Origin: Paramoeba atlantica
Lineage: Eukaryota > Protista > Discosea
Reading direction: 5' to 3'
NCBI GenBank assembly: GCA_977017575.1
Contig: CDRNVI010000039.1
Span: 310,001-374,000, forward strand
Length of the DNA: 64,000 bases
This document shows positions 43,128-54,533 of the stretch, piece by piece; position 1 is the stretch's first letter, and every line of letters starts with the position of its first letter. The notes beneath the pieces are model-generated. The model saw nothing but the letters and a program-made list of their open reading frames with translations. It searched no databases and was not told where the DNA came from. The translations under genes were made by a program, and so were the position numbers.

Positions 43128-46100
43128 CTATTTGAACCCTTCCCATGTGACCAACTGTGCTACTGGAGTATCCAACAGATGTTCCATACCCCGTTTCTGC
43201 GCTATTGACACTGCGTCCGATAATAGACGATAAATTGAATGCTGTTCCAGTACGGAGCGCATGGCCCTAGAAATCTCAATGCTATTCATAATAAATACGA
43301 GCACATCGCAAAAGTATCCCATATCAAACGCGGCGTAAACCACGTGTATGGCTTGCGTAGGAAACCTAGTCCAGTTTAACTCTTCACATCGACCGAAACA
43401 TGACTTCAGAAATTCATGTTTGTGATACCCTAAGCGTGAGCTCGTCAAAAGCAACGCTGAAACTGTAATGCAGTCCATTGTGGGGAGATCTCGAAGGAAC
43501 GACTTTTCAAAAGAGGCCAAAAGAGAACTGTCACGATAATTTAGTGTACTTAACGAGGTCATTATGGACACAGCCAAACGACCAGAAATAGGAGTGCATT
43601 GGTGGATGCAATTTATTTTTCCACAAAGGTGAAACAATATGCGCTGAAATTCGCGTGGGGTGTAGACGTCAGCGACTTCTATTCGACGCAAAGTAGCCAG
43701 AAGAGAGCTTATGTGGTAAGGCACCATCTTTCCATGATCTATAGCTAAGAAGCGCGAAACCGATTTACGCAGTAGTCCGTCATGCTTCCAACCGCCGTGG
43801 CCCATCATCTGTAATATCGAAACAAGATCCATAAAAGCACTCTCTGTATCGCAAGATGGACTTTTCAGAAGATAATCAATGCATATCAAAAACTCTTTAT
43901 CAAAATTTTCCTCTACCATTGTAACACATGCCTGAAGCATCGATAGCACGTCGCATCTTTGAATGGACCGAATTTTGAGACGTTTAGAAATTTCTCTGAT
44001 TAACATGCGAGTAATTCTTGGATATTTCGTCAAGAAGCGGGACACAAGCAAGCGTAATTCCGACGCATGACATCTTGGTATGCGACTTTCCACCCAACTA
44101 ATACATTTATCTCGATTTTCTCCTTGGAGCGGTACTCGAGAAAGCGCGGATGCAAGAAACAATAGATCGTAGCTTGAAGCAAAGCGCTGATGTATATCAG
44201 ACAATAAACTGTTAGAAGATTCGTTCCATATTCCTCGCGAAAGGAGCACACAAAGGGCCACAATTTTAGTATGTGTTGGGTTTCGCGATTCAGAGTGACA
44301 AAGCAGTGTATCTACAGTCCGGGTTTTTAATTTCGTTATGCTACACAGCTGAAGCAAATGATATAATAAATTTGTTTTTCGAGAAAACGGACTACTTACT
44401 AAAACGGCGTGAAAAAAGGTTCTATGCTGAACCGCGTTCGGCAAATATAAATTTCTTGCGAGAGCTTTCCTCAAGAAAGAGGCAACCAAGTTATTATCAA
44501 GCCAAGATTCCTTGCCTAAAAAAATGTGATAATGCATCGCAACTATTGACCGAGCGGTACATTCCGGGTTTCCACCGTTGTAGCCAAGTGCAACGTTCGC
44601 TAGCTCTTTAAGTGCTTCGTGTTGGTCCGTATTGATAGTTCGACAAACCAGAAAAAGGACAGAAGGGAGGTATTGAGATACCAGTTGAGCACCCTCTCTC
44701 GTTTGTACTGCACTATGCCAACGACGCACTACGGCAAAGATAAACCGAAGAAGATTTCTATCTTTTATTGGTACAAGAGTCAGAATGCTACACATGAACG
44801 CAAGATCGGAGTCCGCAAGCATTTTCACCCCGGCTTCATTTAGAAATCCGATAAGCTGTCGCACTGCGAGCTGCTCCCATTCATTGGTAGCAACTGCACA
44901 TTGAAGGAGCAGGATCGCGCGTTGTGGAACAACATTATACCAATTCTGTTCAATCCAATGCTCCCACAATGTATGTTTAAGGATTTTGGTTGCTTCCCCG
45001 TTAAATTCACAGTTTCCAAGAAATGCCAGAGCGAAAGCATTGATATTAGAATTTTCTTGAACTATTTGTGTATTCATTGCCCTGATAATGCTGTACAATG
45101 AAGATTCAATTTCTTGATTCAGAGCATGGTAGCTATGATCAAAGGTGGCCCCTTCCACGTAGGACGATGTATCAAAGCTTTCGCATGGAATAAATGCTAA
45201 TTGCGTCAGATCGCGAGCCTTAAAGTCACTATGTGTACCATCTTTGAGACAATAAAACTCTATTACAATGACGTCCATGAATTCATGAAAACAGGGATGG
45301 GCAAGAAAATATTCCGGTTGGATATAACTGCCATATTTTCCGAGAAATCCTTCGCACAACGTGTACCGCTGCTCACTTATTTTACACCAGGCAGATGTTG
45401 CCAAAGAAAAGATATGTTCTTCTGATAAATTCGGAAGCATACATCTACTTATGGCGGCGTGTATGAATCGCCAGGCAGCATAAGCAAAAACCAAGCATTG
45501 GAGACGATAAAAAATACCTGACCATATTTCGAATCCATAAGTATTCTGAGCTTTATCTTCCCGGAAAAAGTTAAGAAAAACTTGCAGCAAACCGCTCAAT
45601 GGCAGTTCATTTTGCAGGTAGCTAAAGTATTCTTCGAACGCGCTGGACCTCTTGGAATACTGATCTTGAGAAGGCAACCGGCTGATAGCCAACGCTAACT
45701 CATAGCGCAAAAGTTTAATTTTTTCCTTAGATTCTAAATAAGGCAAATATTGAACCACTTTCTTGAGATAGCCTACATGAAGCACATCGTGGTAGTCAGA
45801 GGTACTTCCTGCAGAATCTTGTTTTGACAAATTTGTTTCAGATAAAACATTGCCATCAAGTGCAGTTGCATCACGATCTAGGGACTTAGTTGATTGCAGG
45901 GTATTTTTCTTTTGATTATGATACTGGCAAGAATGTAATAACAGTCTGGTATAGAACACAGAATGACGCTGAAAAAGTATACGAACATCAATGTTCAAAG
46001 ACAGGAAGAAGCGCAAAGCAACTCTGTGCAAAGTACCAATGTTTTCATGGGTTTCAAGCAATAAGAAACGTTTTTCAAGACAGCTTCGAAGTTCAATCGG

Positions 46101-46730
46101 AAGATCTATGAGATGCTGTCCTTTAAGTAAAGATAAGATTGACATCAACTGATCCATGTTAGTCTTTCCAATTATTGCAGAGGACAAACATCGTTGGATA
46201 AAAGTTTTAGGATTCCTATGAGTGCGTCCATGTAGTCGCGTTATGCACACAAAAATCATGGGTGTGATATCCTCAAGATGAGTGTGGCATAAGGAAATCA
46301 ATCGGCCAATTTGCTCTTCAGTCGGAGTCCATATGCCTCTGTGTTGCCAATAAAATTCTAAAATTTCTTCAAGAATATATACATCACCATTCGTAGGAAT
46401 TCGAATTAAATTGGCAGCGACTCTAAATCGTCTCACTTGGGCCGAAGTTGATGCTTTACGAGCTCGATCCCGCGCACCACACATTTGAGATCGAGCTTCA
46501 AAATAGAGCTTGTCAGAGGATTCTTTAAAATGTACTTTCGTATGTTCTGTACGTTCTATTGTATGAGATTGACCGATATTTTTTTTGGACTCGTCAGAAT
46601 TGTATCTGCGCTGAGTTTGCGTAACCGAAGTCAAACCATGAACCATTTGATGCCACATTCGATTCACTACACGACATGTGGTGCGCTCCAACCTTCTTAG
46701 GCGTAACAGGTAGACCCATGAGACTCGCAT
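43128..46730 (-). CDS. large alpha-helical repeat protein, probably mitochondrial
   Basis: 1200 aa; C-terminal FAST/OPR-like helical repeats (LSTLNYRD..; SRLGYHK..). Confidence 0.7.
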   Translation of the reverse strand: MRVSWVYLLRLRRLERTTCRVVNRMWHQMVHGLTSVTQTQRRYNSDESKKNIGQSHTIERTEHTKVHFKESSDKLYFEARSQMCGARDRARKASTSAQVRRFRVAANLIRIPTNGDVYILEEILEFYWQHRGIWTPTEEQIGRLISLCHTHLEDITPMIFVCITRLHGRTHRNPKTFIQRCLSSAIIGKTNMDQLMSILSLLKGQHLIDLPIELRSCLEKRFLLLETHENIGTLHRVALRFFLSLNIDVRILFQRHSVFYTRLLLHSCQYHNQKKNTLQSTKSLDRDATALDGNVLSETNLSKQDSAGSTSDYHDVLHVGYLKKVVQYLPYLESKEKIKLLRYELALAISRLPSQDQYSKRSSAFEEYFSYLQNELPLSGLLQVFLNFFREDKAQNTYGFEIWSGIFYRLQCLVFAYAAWRFIHAAISRCMLPNLSEEHIFSLATSAWCKISEQRYTLCEGFLGKYGSYIQPEYFLAHPCFHEFMDVIVIEFYCLKDGTHSDFKARDLTQLAFIPCESFDTSSYVEGATFDHSYHALNQEIESSLYSIIRAMNTQIVQENSNINAFALAFLGNCEFNGEATKILKHTLWEHWIEQNWYNVVPQRAILLLQCAVATNEWEQLAVRQLIGFLNEAGVKMLADSDLAFMCSILTLVPIKDRNLLRFIFAVVRRWHSAVQTREGAQLVSQYLPSVLFLVCRTINTDQHEALKELANVALGYNGGNPECTARSIVAMHYHIFLGKESWLDNNLVASFLRKALARNLYLPNAVQHRTFFHAVLVSSPFSRKTNLLYHLLQLCSITKLKTRTVDTLLCHSESRNPTHTKIVALCVLLSRGIWNESSNSLLSDIHQRFASSYDLLFLASALSRVPLQGENRDKCISWVESRIPRCHASELRLLVSRFLTKYPRITRMLIREISKRLKIRSIQRCDVLSMLQACVTMVEENFDKEFLICIDYLLKSPSCDTESAFMDLVSILQMMGHGGWKHDGLLRKSVSRFLAIDHGKMVPYHISSLLATLRRIEVADVYTPREFQRILFHLCGKINCIHQCTPISGRLAVSIMTSLSTLNYRDSSLLASFEKSFLRDLPTMDCITVSALLLTSSRLGYHKHEFLKSCFGRCEELNWTRFPTQAIHVVYAAFDMGYFCDVLVFIMNSIEISRAMRSVLEQHSIYRLLSDAVSIAQKRGMEHLLDTPVAQLVTWEGFK

Positions 46731-47076
46731 GGGTAAGAAAAAAGGTCACAGTACGAAGGAGAGAGCAGAATGAAATCAATTTGCCAGAGTACGACTGTTC
46801 GAAAACATAAGAACTGATTAGTAAAATTGCCTAAAGGGTACTAAAAGTGGACGCAATCAATTAACTCCCAGTGTCAAGCTATGATTTTTGAGTAGCTTTC
46901 TGTCCAAAAAATGAGTTTCCACTCGTTCAACTTTAATTAAAAATGATTTTTAGGTTTGATTGCTAATTACAACCAAAGATAAAGTATCTCCATGAAGACA
47001 ATGTTTGAATATGCACTTTCAGAGACGCTGTACTTAACCTTTCTTTTCTGCACACATAAAATCTTACCCTTTTGCT

Positions 47077-47574
47077 CTATTCTTCTGGTACTTCGAGAGC
47101 CCCTAATTTGATCTGCTCTATGAGGTCGTGCGGAGGCAAATTTTGAACCGTGCATCCCACAGATTGGCAGGTCCCGAGAACTTCGCGCACCGTGCCAGCC
47201 ATATTCCGCGACAGTGAGCGTGGACGGAGCTGTTTCGCAATGGAGAGAGCATCCTGGTAAGAAATGTTGCCGCTGTGCTTAATATTCTTCACCTTCTTGC
47301 GGTCACGAAGAGGTTCTTTCAAGGCCCGAATGATCAAAGATGCTGCGCTGGGTACAATCTTAATCTCCGCTTGTCGATTTTTTACAACTAGGTGGCACGT
47401 TATTTTAAGACCTTTCCAGTCCTTCGTTGCCTTTTGAATGTCTTCACCAACTTTCTTAGCAGGGAGCCCGAAAGGTCCGAGTTTAGGACCAAGCGTTCCC
47501 GTGCTCACGGGTTCCCCTCCGACACATCGCACGACGAGAAGGTGTTCCTGATTGGGATCAAATTTTGGCGGCAT
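47077..47574 (-). CDS. RPL12: 60S ribosomal protein L12 (uL11)
   Basis: [38 protein letters not shown]. Confidence 0.98.
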   Translation of the reverse strand: MPPKFDPNQEHLLVVRCVGGEPVSTGTLGPKLGPFGLPAKKVGEDIQKATKDWKGLKITCHLVVKNRQAEIKIVPSAASLIIRALKEPLRDRKKVKNIKHSGNISYQDALSIAKQLRPRSLSRNMAGTVREVLGTCQSVGCTVQNLPPHDLIEQIKLGALEVPEE

Positions 47575-47765
47575 GATGTGCGTTCAGACAAGATGAAAGA
47601 AAAAATATAAAACAATTTAAAATGCATAAAATTACAAACTCCCGTCTTGATTATTGTCATTAGTAATGACTCATTATGACCAAAATAAATGTTCTATAGC
47701 AAAGTTCCGACTTTTTTATTTACACAACACTTTTTGTTTACAAGAACTAGTGAATACTGCAAGCT

Positions 47766-48572
47766 TTAGCATATTTCATGGTCAAATAGATTTTCAGTTA
47801 TGTTGAGTACACGTAGTGAGTGTGGTATATGCGAAAAACCCACACATTTACTGAAACGATTACACTGTAAATAGAGAAACTTTAAAGAACTTGGAAGAGA
47901 AGAAAGTGATATTTGCCCAACTAATAAATTTTGTGAAAGTGAAAGCAAAACAAGAGAAGCTGGCAGTTTTTCTAATGAAATTCCACCCTCAAAATGATTG
48001 CATTGCAGACGCAGCTCTTTAAGTGAACTGGGGAGTGAGGTAAGGTCCAGTGTTCCAGAGAAATCATTCTCTTGCAGGCTCAGTTTACGCAGCGGCAAAG
48101 AGATACCGTTGAGTACTAGTGACCCACTATGCATGTTTTGAGGGAGCGCTAACTCTTGTAGAGGAAGGTATAAATCTTCAAGTGGTAGGGGTCCACATAG
48201 ATTATTTTCAAAAAGATTTACTTCCCCCACGGTTGGAGGCAAATGTGTGTAAGTCAAATTCCCTTTAAGTCCCATGGAGGACCAAACGACAATGGTTACC
48301 TCTTCCGATGAGTTGCAAATGACACCAAACCACTCGCAAGCGGACTTTTGCGTTGTCCACGACTCGTCCGGATTCGTAATGTGCCGCACTGCATGAAGAA
48401 GACTATACGTTTGGGGAAGAATGGTGCCACGTATTTTACCCCTTTTTCTGCTTGTAGAATTTGAAGTAAAAAACGGCATTTCACCCAATTTCCGTTTGCC
48501 TGCCGATGAGTCGTGACTTTGGCAACACATCATCGTCAGAATTATAAGAGAAAGGTTGTAATGTGCCCTCAT
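47766..48572 (-). CDS. leucine-rich repeat protein (family copy 2)
   Basis: SW..SACEWFGVIC cap and LRRs. Confidence 0.9.
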   Translation of the reverse strand: MRAHYNLSLIILTMMCCQSHDSSAGKRKLGEMPFFTSNSTSRKRGKIRGTILPQTYSLLHAVRHITNPDESWTTQKSACEWFGVICNSSEEVTIVVWSSMGLKGNLTYTHLPPTVGEVNLFENNLCGPLPLEDLYLPLQELALPQNMHSGSLVLNGISLPLRKLSLQENDFSGTLDLTSLPSSLKELRLQCNHFEGGISLEKLPASLVLLSLSQNLLVGQISLSSLPSSLKFLYLQCNRFSKCVGFSHIPHSLRVLNITENLFDHEIC

Positions 48573-48852
48573 CTACGTGTCATGTCAACAAAAAAATAAG
48601 ACAATAAGGAAACTACGACTATGGTAACGATGCAACGAAGAAAATTTCTCTACCAATTTTTGAATATCGCACTATTATTACAACCACTGCCTACCATTAT
48701 TTTAGAAATTTGGGTTTTCCCCTTTTCAAAACTGAAAGAGTAGATTTACTTTTCAAAACGATACTACTATTAAAACTTAGATTTACTTTTCAAAACGATA
48801 CTACTATTCTTTGCCGTATTCCAAAGACTTGCATGACGAGGACATTGGGAGT

Positions 48853-49707
48853 TCACACATTCGAAGTTCTACAGTACGTGCCAAACACCTCAACAAACCC
48901 GTCTGGGGGAAGAACTGTTTCGAATTGATTTTCTGCGATACTAACCTCTCGCAGTCCATCGGGCAATTTTGACAGATTGGCTGTTCCCAAAAATTTATTG
49001 TGATTCAAGTACAACTGGTTGAGAGAACCTGGAAGTGTATCAAAACTGGGAGTTCCATCCAATACGTTGAAACTTACGTCCAGCATTTCCAAAGAAGAGG
49101 GAAGACTGTGCAAGAGAAGCCGACCGCTAAACTTGTTCTGTGGCACAAGAAGTGTCTGCAAATATGCGGGAAGGTGACACAGATCCAGTGGACCTTCGAA
49201 ACGATTTTCAGTTAGATTACACCGGGTTAACCCGGGCGGAAAACTCGACATCGCGACTTCCCCTTCTAGATTGTTAAAAGCGACGTCGAAGTGAAGGAGA
49301 GCAGGAGGTAGGTCTTGGGTTATGAGCGTGCCTTTGAGTTGCGTGCCTCGTAGTTGCATGGACTGTAGAGTGCGAGGAGCGGCTTCCCACTCCACGGGGC
49401 CAGGCAGCGGAAGTGCGTTCCAGTTGAGACTACGCACTGTGCCTTTTTCGTCACAACCGACCCCTGACCATAGACAGGCTGGGTTAGTCTCCCGCCAAGA
49501 GTCAATAGTAAATTCCATGTGGCGCACAAACCGAGCCAGATCGTACTCGGGGGGAAGTTGAGCTCCACGTACTTTTCCCGCACGGGCAGATTTTGACTTT
49601 GAGATCCTAGGATCCGCACACCATATGGGGGCGCAGTAAAACATGCGTCGTGCTGAAATATTGTAGAAAAAAGTATCTAAAAAAGAAATACTGAGTTTAT
49701 TGCACAT
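48853..49707 (-). CDS. leucine-rich repeat protein (family copy 3)
   Basis: CADP..GKVRG..LPPEY..SW..PACLWSGVGC cap and LRRs; start may be 49644. Confidence 0.9.
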   Translation of the reverse strand: MCNKLSISFLDTFFYNISARRMFYCAPIWCADPRISKSKSARAGKVRGAQLPPEYDLARFVRHMEFTIDSWRETNPACLWSGVGCDEKGTVRSLNWNALPLPGPVEWEAAPRTLQSMQLRGTQLKGTLITQDLPPALLHFDVAFNNLEGEVAMSSFPPGLTRCNLTENRFEGPLDLCHLPAYLQTLLVPQNKFSGRLLLHSLPSSLEMLDVSFNVLDGTPSFDTLPGSLNQLYLNHNKFLGTANLSKLPDGLREVSIAENQFETVLPPDGFVEVFGTYCRTSNV

Positions 49708-49987
49708 TTCCTGTTCAACAACTCATCATTCGAAACATGGTAAAAATTAAGTAGCGTGCTGTTCACTTCGCTATAAAAGCAGCTTTTAATGCTAAAAATG
49801 AACTAAACTAGAAAGGCACGTAATATTTCTTTGAAAACGAATGCACTCATCCGACCTGCTTTTGCTCATGCTATCAAGAACGTGTGCTCTTGCTCATGCC
49901 TTCAAGACATTGAAAACATCTCCATCTCTTCTTCTCCACCTCTGTGTTCTCTTTTTATCCCCTTTTTTCACCCCTTCCCCCCTTCTC

Positions 49988-51754
49988 TCACCTCCCCCCC
50001 TCCCCCCCGAACCCAAACTCCGCCCACAGCAGAATATGGTCCGAGGGGTAGGACGGGGTCGGGAGGTGCTCCGTCCTCTCCTCCCCCGCCCGGGCGTGGC
50101 CCATAAAGTCACGCCGGGACACCGCCACCACGTCCCGGTTACTCGGGACACGCAGCAGCCCGGTCGCCTCCAGCCCCGTCGTGTGGAACACGTAGTCCAC
50201 CTGGTCCTGGGTGTGGGGCATCAGGCAGGTGTACTGCTTGTCGAAGAACGCCACGGGGGCGTGGTCGCTGTAGACCTCCCGTAGCCCCCCGAGCGGCGCG
50301 CACAGCGCGGCTGAGGTCGCGGCCCGCAGCAGACCCCAGCGCGGCTCGGAGTTAAAGTCCCCGAGGATGACCGCGTCGCACGGGGGGAGGGGGGAGGGGG
50401 GTGGGGGGGGCCGGGGGGTGGAGCGGGCAGACAAGCGACCGTGAAAGTCGTCTTGGTGAAGGGAGAGGACCTTGCGGTTGGCCTCCGCGACTTTATGGAG
50501 TAAGGCTTGGAGTTGGACTTTGCGGGTGTCTTCTTCGAGTTTGTCCGCTTTAAGGTGGGAGGTGGCGGCGATGACGTAACGTTGGGTGGTACGGTGTTGG
50601 AGGGCGGCAATACACCCGACGTGGGAGTTGGTGGGGGGGAGCATGATGATTTGGAATCCCTTGGTGCCGAAGGCCTCGACGGGGAGGAATTGGTCAACAA
50701 GGTAGGCGAGACAGATGCTGTCACGGCCTCCGACAGAGGCGGTGGATTCGGAGATGACTTTAGGGACGACACACAGGGCGTAGCCCTCGCGTTCGAGCTG
50801 GGCGTAAAAGGAGCGGTAGTCGGAAGATTTGCGTTCGCCCACCTCCTGGAGCGCCAGGATCGCGGGCCGGAGTTCGCGTATGGCAGCGAGCACGCGAGGG
50901 GCACGGTGCTCTCGCCAGCGCAGGTATTGATCCGGGCAATATTGACGACACGCGGAGGTAAATTTAGGGTACAATGTGTTCCATGTAGCCACCGTAAATC
51001 GCTTCCCCGAGGGAGGGCTCTTGAAGACGGGACCCGGGACCGAAGCACTGGTGTTCCAGAGGTTTCGAAAAATACGGCTTATCGCAGCTAGTGGGGTTCG
51101 TGACAGTACCTTATGTGCAGGTTGCTTAGAGGACGATGAATTGCGTAGCATAACGACTTTACGATGTACTAGGGGGGATAATTTGTCGTCTTCCCATCGG
51201 GGAAATTGAGGCGTGTCGGACGGATGCTCAACTTGCTTCGAATGATGCGTTTTCGCCAAGGAGGGGTCATGTATGCGTTCTCTCTCACTCTCTCGAGTTT
51301 GCGTTTCATTTTTCATTGAATCACGTAGTTCCGAGCTTTCCACAGCCTCTTTTACAATGTTTTCGCCATCGACGGAGTACTGCTTAGCGGTTAAAGCGTA
51401 ATGCTTTTCTGCGGTATACTCTCCGTAGCTACTCCCCTGACTAGTGGCATAGAGTGAACTAGAAAATTCAGTCACGCGACATAGCTGACCAAATAAAGGA
51501 ACCACACCCATGGCCAGCACTGCATTAAACTCTTTTTGATCTCTCATCGTTAAGTATGCAACAGGCTTCGGAAAGCGACCCTCGCCGTGCGAAAGAACTT
51601 TAGCGGACTCTACTCCACCAAACACTTCAAAGGCCTGCCGCAAACAATGAACACTTCGGAGGTATTCCGTCGGCAAACCTGTGATAACTAGCGTCAAAGA
51701 CGTAATGCGAAAAGACTTCTCATGCCACAAGGATGTTTCACGTACTTCTTGCAT
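49988..51754 (-). CDS. CCR4/nocturnin-like EEP nuclease with N-terminal RRM-like domain
   Basis: TWNTL; ALQEV; HLKA; LGDFNS; VDYVF; PSDH. Confidence 0.88.
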   Translation of the reverse strand: MQEVRETSLWHEKSFRITSLTLVITGLPTEYLRSVHCLRQAFEVFGGVESAKVLSHGEGRFPKPVAYLTMRDQKEFNAVLAMGVVPLFGQLCRVTEFSSSLYATSQGSSYGEYTAEKHYALTAKQYSVDGENIVKEAVESSELRDSMKNETQTRESERERIHDPSLAKTHHSKQVEHPSDTPQFPRWEDDKLSPLVHRKVVMLRNSSSSKQPAHKVLSRTPLAAISRIFRNLWNTSASVPGPVFKSPPSGKRFTVATWNTLYPKFTSACRQYCPDQYLRWREHRAPRVLAAIRELRPAILALQEVGERKSSDYRSFYAQLEREGYALCVVPKVISESTASVGGRDSICLAYLVDQFLPVEAFGTKGFQIIMLPPTNSHVGCIAALQHRTTQRYVIAATSHLKADKLEEDTRKVQLQALLHKVAEANRKVLSLHQDDFHGRLSARSTPRPPPPPSPLPPCDAVILGDFNSEPRWGLLRAATSAALCAPLGGLREVYSDHAPVAFFDKQYTCLMPHTQDQVDYVFHTTGLEATGLLRVPSNRDVVAVSRRDFMGHARAGEERTEHLPTPSYPSDHILLWAEFGFGGEGGR

Positions 51755-52952
51755 GTCTCCAGAAACTCCTTGTATATAATTTGTTTAAAAAATTAGTATA
51801 AATAATTCGGCAAAAAAGCCTAACAAAGCCTAATTAAAAAAAGGAACCAGGTTAACAAAAAATCAAGATAGGTGCAATTTTTGGTTTTTCCAAGGCATTA
51901 GTTGCAAAGAAACACTTCCTGATACGAAGCACAAATACTTTTTTACACTCAAAAATTGAAGTTTCAGTCACGGGGTTACCTGTTCTGATTGTCATGTAAA
52001 CTATCAAAAAAGATTCATGGTTTCTCATCATTAGAAGCTGATCTAATGGATTACAAGCAAAAAAAGCTGTATCAAGGTTTAGTAGTCGATTAGTTGACTA
52101 TAGACCGAGTGAGGTGTAGGAAAGAAATAAAAAGGGAGTGTACCTACTGATGCCACCGCATTCAAATTTCTGCCTGAAGAAACATTGGGTGAACTGTACT
52201 CTGAGCGCGGCTCTGATGCTCACATGGTGTCGGATGCGGGATCAGGAAAAAAAGGGGTTGATGATTGTTCACGAAAACGAAATTGGGTATACCGTGTGGT
52301 TTGTTCATTCACCCCAATTCTTCATGGAGAACGTTACGAACGTGGAGGATATCATCATTATCAAGTCGATATTATACTGTATCATACTATATTTTACTGT
52401 CTTTCGGTTCATCCATTCTCCGCTCACCAAGACACCCCCGCCTCGCCCATCCATTATCTCCTCACCCAGACACCCCCAACGCCTGCCTCCCTAGCCAGAT
52501 AGCCTTCCGAGCCAAACCTCTGTTACTTGGGGTCAAATCCTCTTTAATGGGGGTCAGCCCAAAAAGGGCCCAATCCTTGTACCCGTGGGTTTATTACTGG
52601 TGGGGAGTCGACGGTAGTGATGAATTTTTGGGAAACATCCGCCGTGTAGTCGAGGAGTTTGCGTCAGAGCATGCACACGCTCATTGAGTGGCCCGAAAGT
52701 TATTACAGCATTCAAACTCCGTTGGACTCCGAAGAGCTATGGTGTCTCACGCAGCAGATTACATATTTCAGGAAAACTTCGTACCACACCATTCGGAGCA
52801 CCACCATCCGGGGTGAGACCGGAGGTAAAAATGTACCCCTGTGCTCGAAAGCTAAAAAAGCTCGAAAAGTGTTTTCAATGACCTGAAAAAAGTTTTTCAG
52901 CTTTTAAAAAGTTTCCGCGGGCCGTGAAGAAAAGTACTACTTTAAAGTAAAC

Positions 52953-54533
52953 CACTGTCCGGGGTAATATTCCTGGTAGGAAGGTCGGATTGAACGAATA
53001 ATGTACAAAATTTCAGTTTTCAGAATTTTTAAAAAGACGATATTTTCCCTTCGATCATTATCTAACAAAAAAAATGCTTCTTACTGCAGAACATAATGCG
53101 CACAATACACGCGAAGATCCTCCAAAACTCGCTTCAAAACACTTGCTCCATTCACCCGCAGAGATCCGTTACATTTTTCTGCCAGGGCGCGCACACGCTC
53201 ATGCCGGTTTTCATTGCTTCTACCAAGTTGGCCGCCACAACGCGTCAAAGTTCTCTTCAACATGCTGTTTGCTCCTTCTACGGTGTTTGTGTGCACACCG
53301 GAATCACTGATCCACTCATTTCTGTGGATAACCGAATCCCATTGATACTTTCCTTCAAGAAAATTGTTGTGCCTGGCCCCGTCGGTATGGATCCGCGTAC
53401 GCGAGGAGGCACACATAGCCTCGATGGGGGGAATTAAGTGTTCTGCGCTTTTTTGAGGCACAGGCGTGACATGTATCTCTGCCAGCTTGCTGCCACGAGT
53501 ACATTCGGCCAGAGTTGAACTATCTGGCTACCACCAGCGCGTACCCGCTGGTTTCGGTTGTTTCCCCCTCGCTTGATCTTTGAGAACCACGTCTCATCGA
53601 CTTGCATAAAGGATACTGTTCCCTCGGCGTTCCGCTGACGGATTTTATGAACCTCAGACAATGATTTTTCGATAATTTGGCGTTGCAAAACTACAGTTCT
53701 TTGAGAGACTTCTTCTTCCTTTGCAACTTCTGTTCCCAGCATGCTATAAGAAAAGGAAACGATCCCAATTAGAATCTGCTTTGCGGACACCTTTGTCTTT
53801 GAGTGCTTGAGAGGACCGTCCTGTGACATCAAATTGCGGCAGGAGCGTACTGGGCAGTGGAACTTGCCTCCCTTCAGATTACACAATACCCGCTCATGCC
53901 CACGCTCGCAGGAAACGCTTTGTACAGTGAGTTTGTGGTTTCGCATCCACAACATACACGTTTCCTCTGTGGCAGAGCCGACTGAAGTCAAGCGAATTTG
54001 AGCAGCGCAATCAAAACGAGGGCAACCTGTGCAGTTCATTGAAACCTTAGAGAAGCAATACTAGCCGTAATTTTAAGATAAAAATTGACTAATAATGCAA
54101 AAAATTCATACATATCACCCTAGGAAACACAAAAAAGGATTTCATAAAAATTTAAAATTATTTAAAAAAAGTGTACATTATTCGTTCAATCCCACCGGTA
54201 GGAATACTAAGAGGGCATAGGAATATTAAGAGGTATAGGAATATTAAAAAATTAGCAGAAAAGGACCAAAAATGATTTCGCGCCGCTTCGCGGCGCGGTC
54301 TTTGCTCTTGTGCTCGTTTTTGGCCCTTTAGGGACTGTGTGCGCGTTGGGCTTGCTATTTTGATGAAAAAATCATCCAAAAAGGGGAATATTGAAGGATG
54401 ATTTTGGTGGATCTCAAGCAAAGACAGGGCAGGTGTCAGGGAAAGGGGGGGTAGGAATATTAAGCACCATTGGGACACTTAATATTCCTGGTAGGAATAA
54501 TACGAGGGCATAGGAATATTAACCCGGACAGTG
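52953..54533 (-). mobile_element. Merlin (IS1595/ISXO2-related) DNA transposon
   Basis: 22 bp TIRs CACTGTCCGGG(G/T)TAATATTCCT with 1 mismatch enclosing the transposase. Confidence 0.85.
53081..54039 (-). pseudogene. Merlin transposase with a single 1-nt frameshift near 53515
   Basis: QVDETW, IHTDG, GVHTNTVEG; adding one A gives 960 nt (319 aa). Confidence 0.88.
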
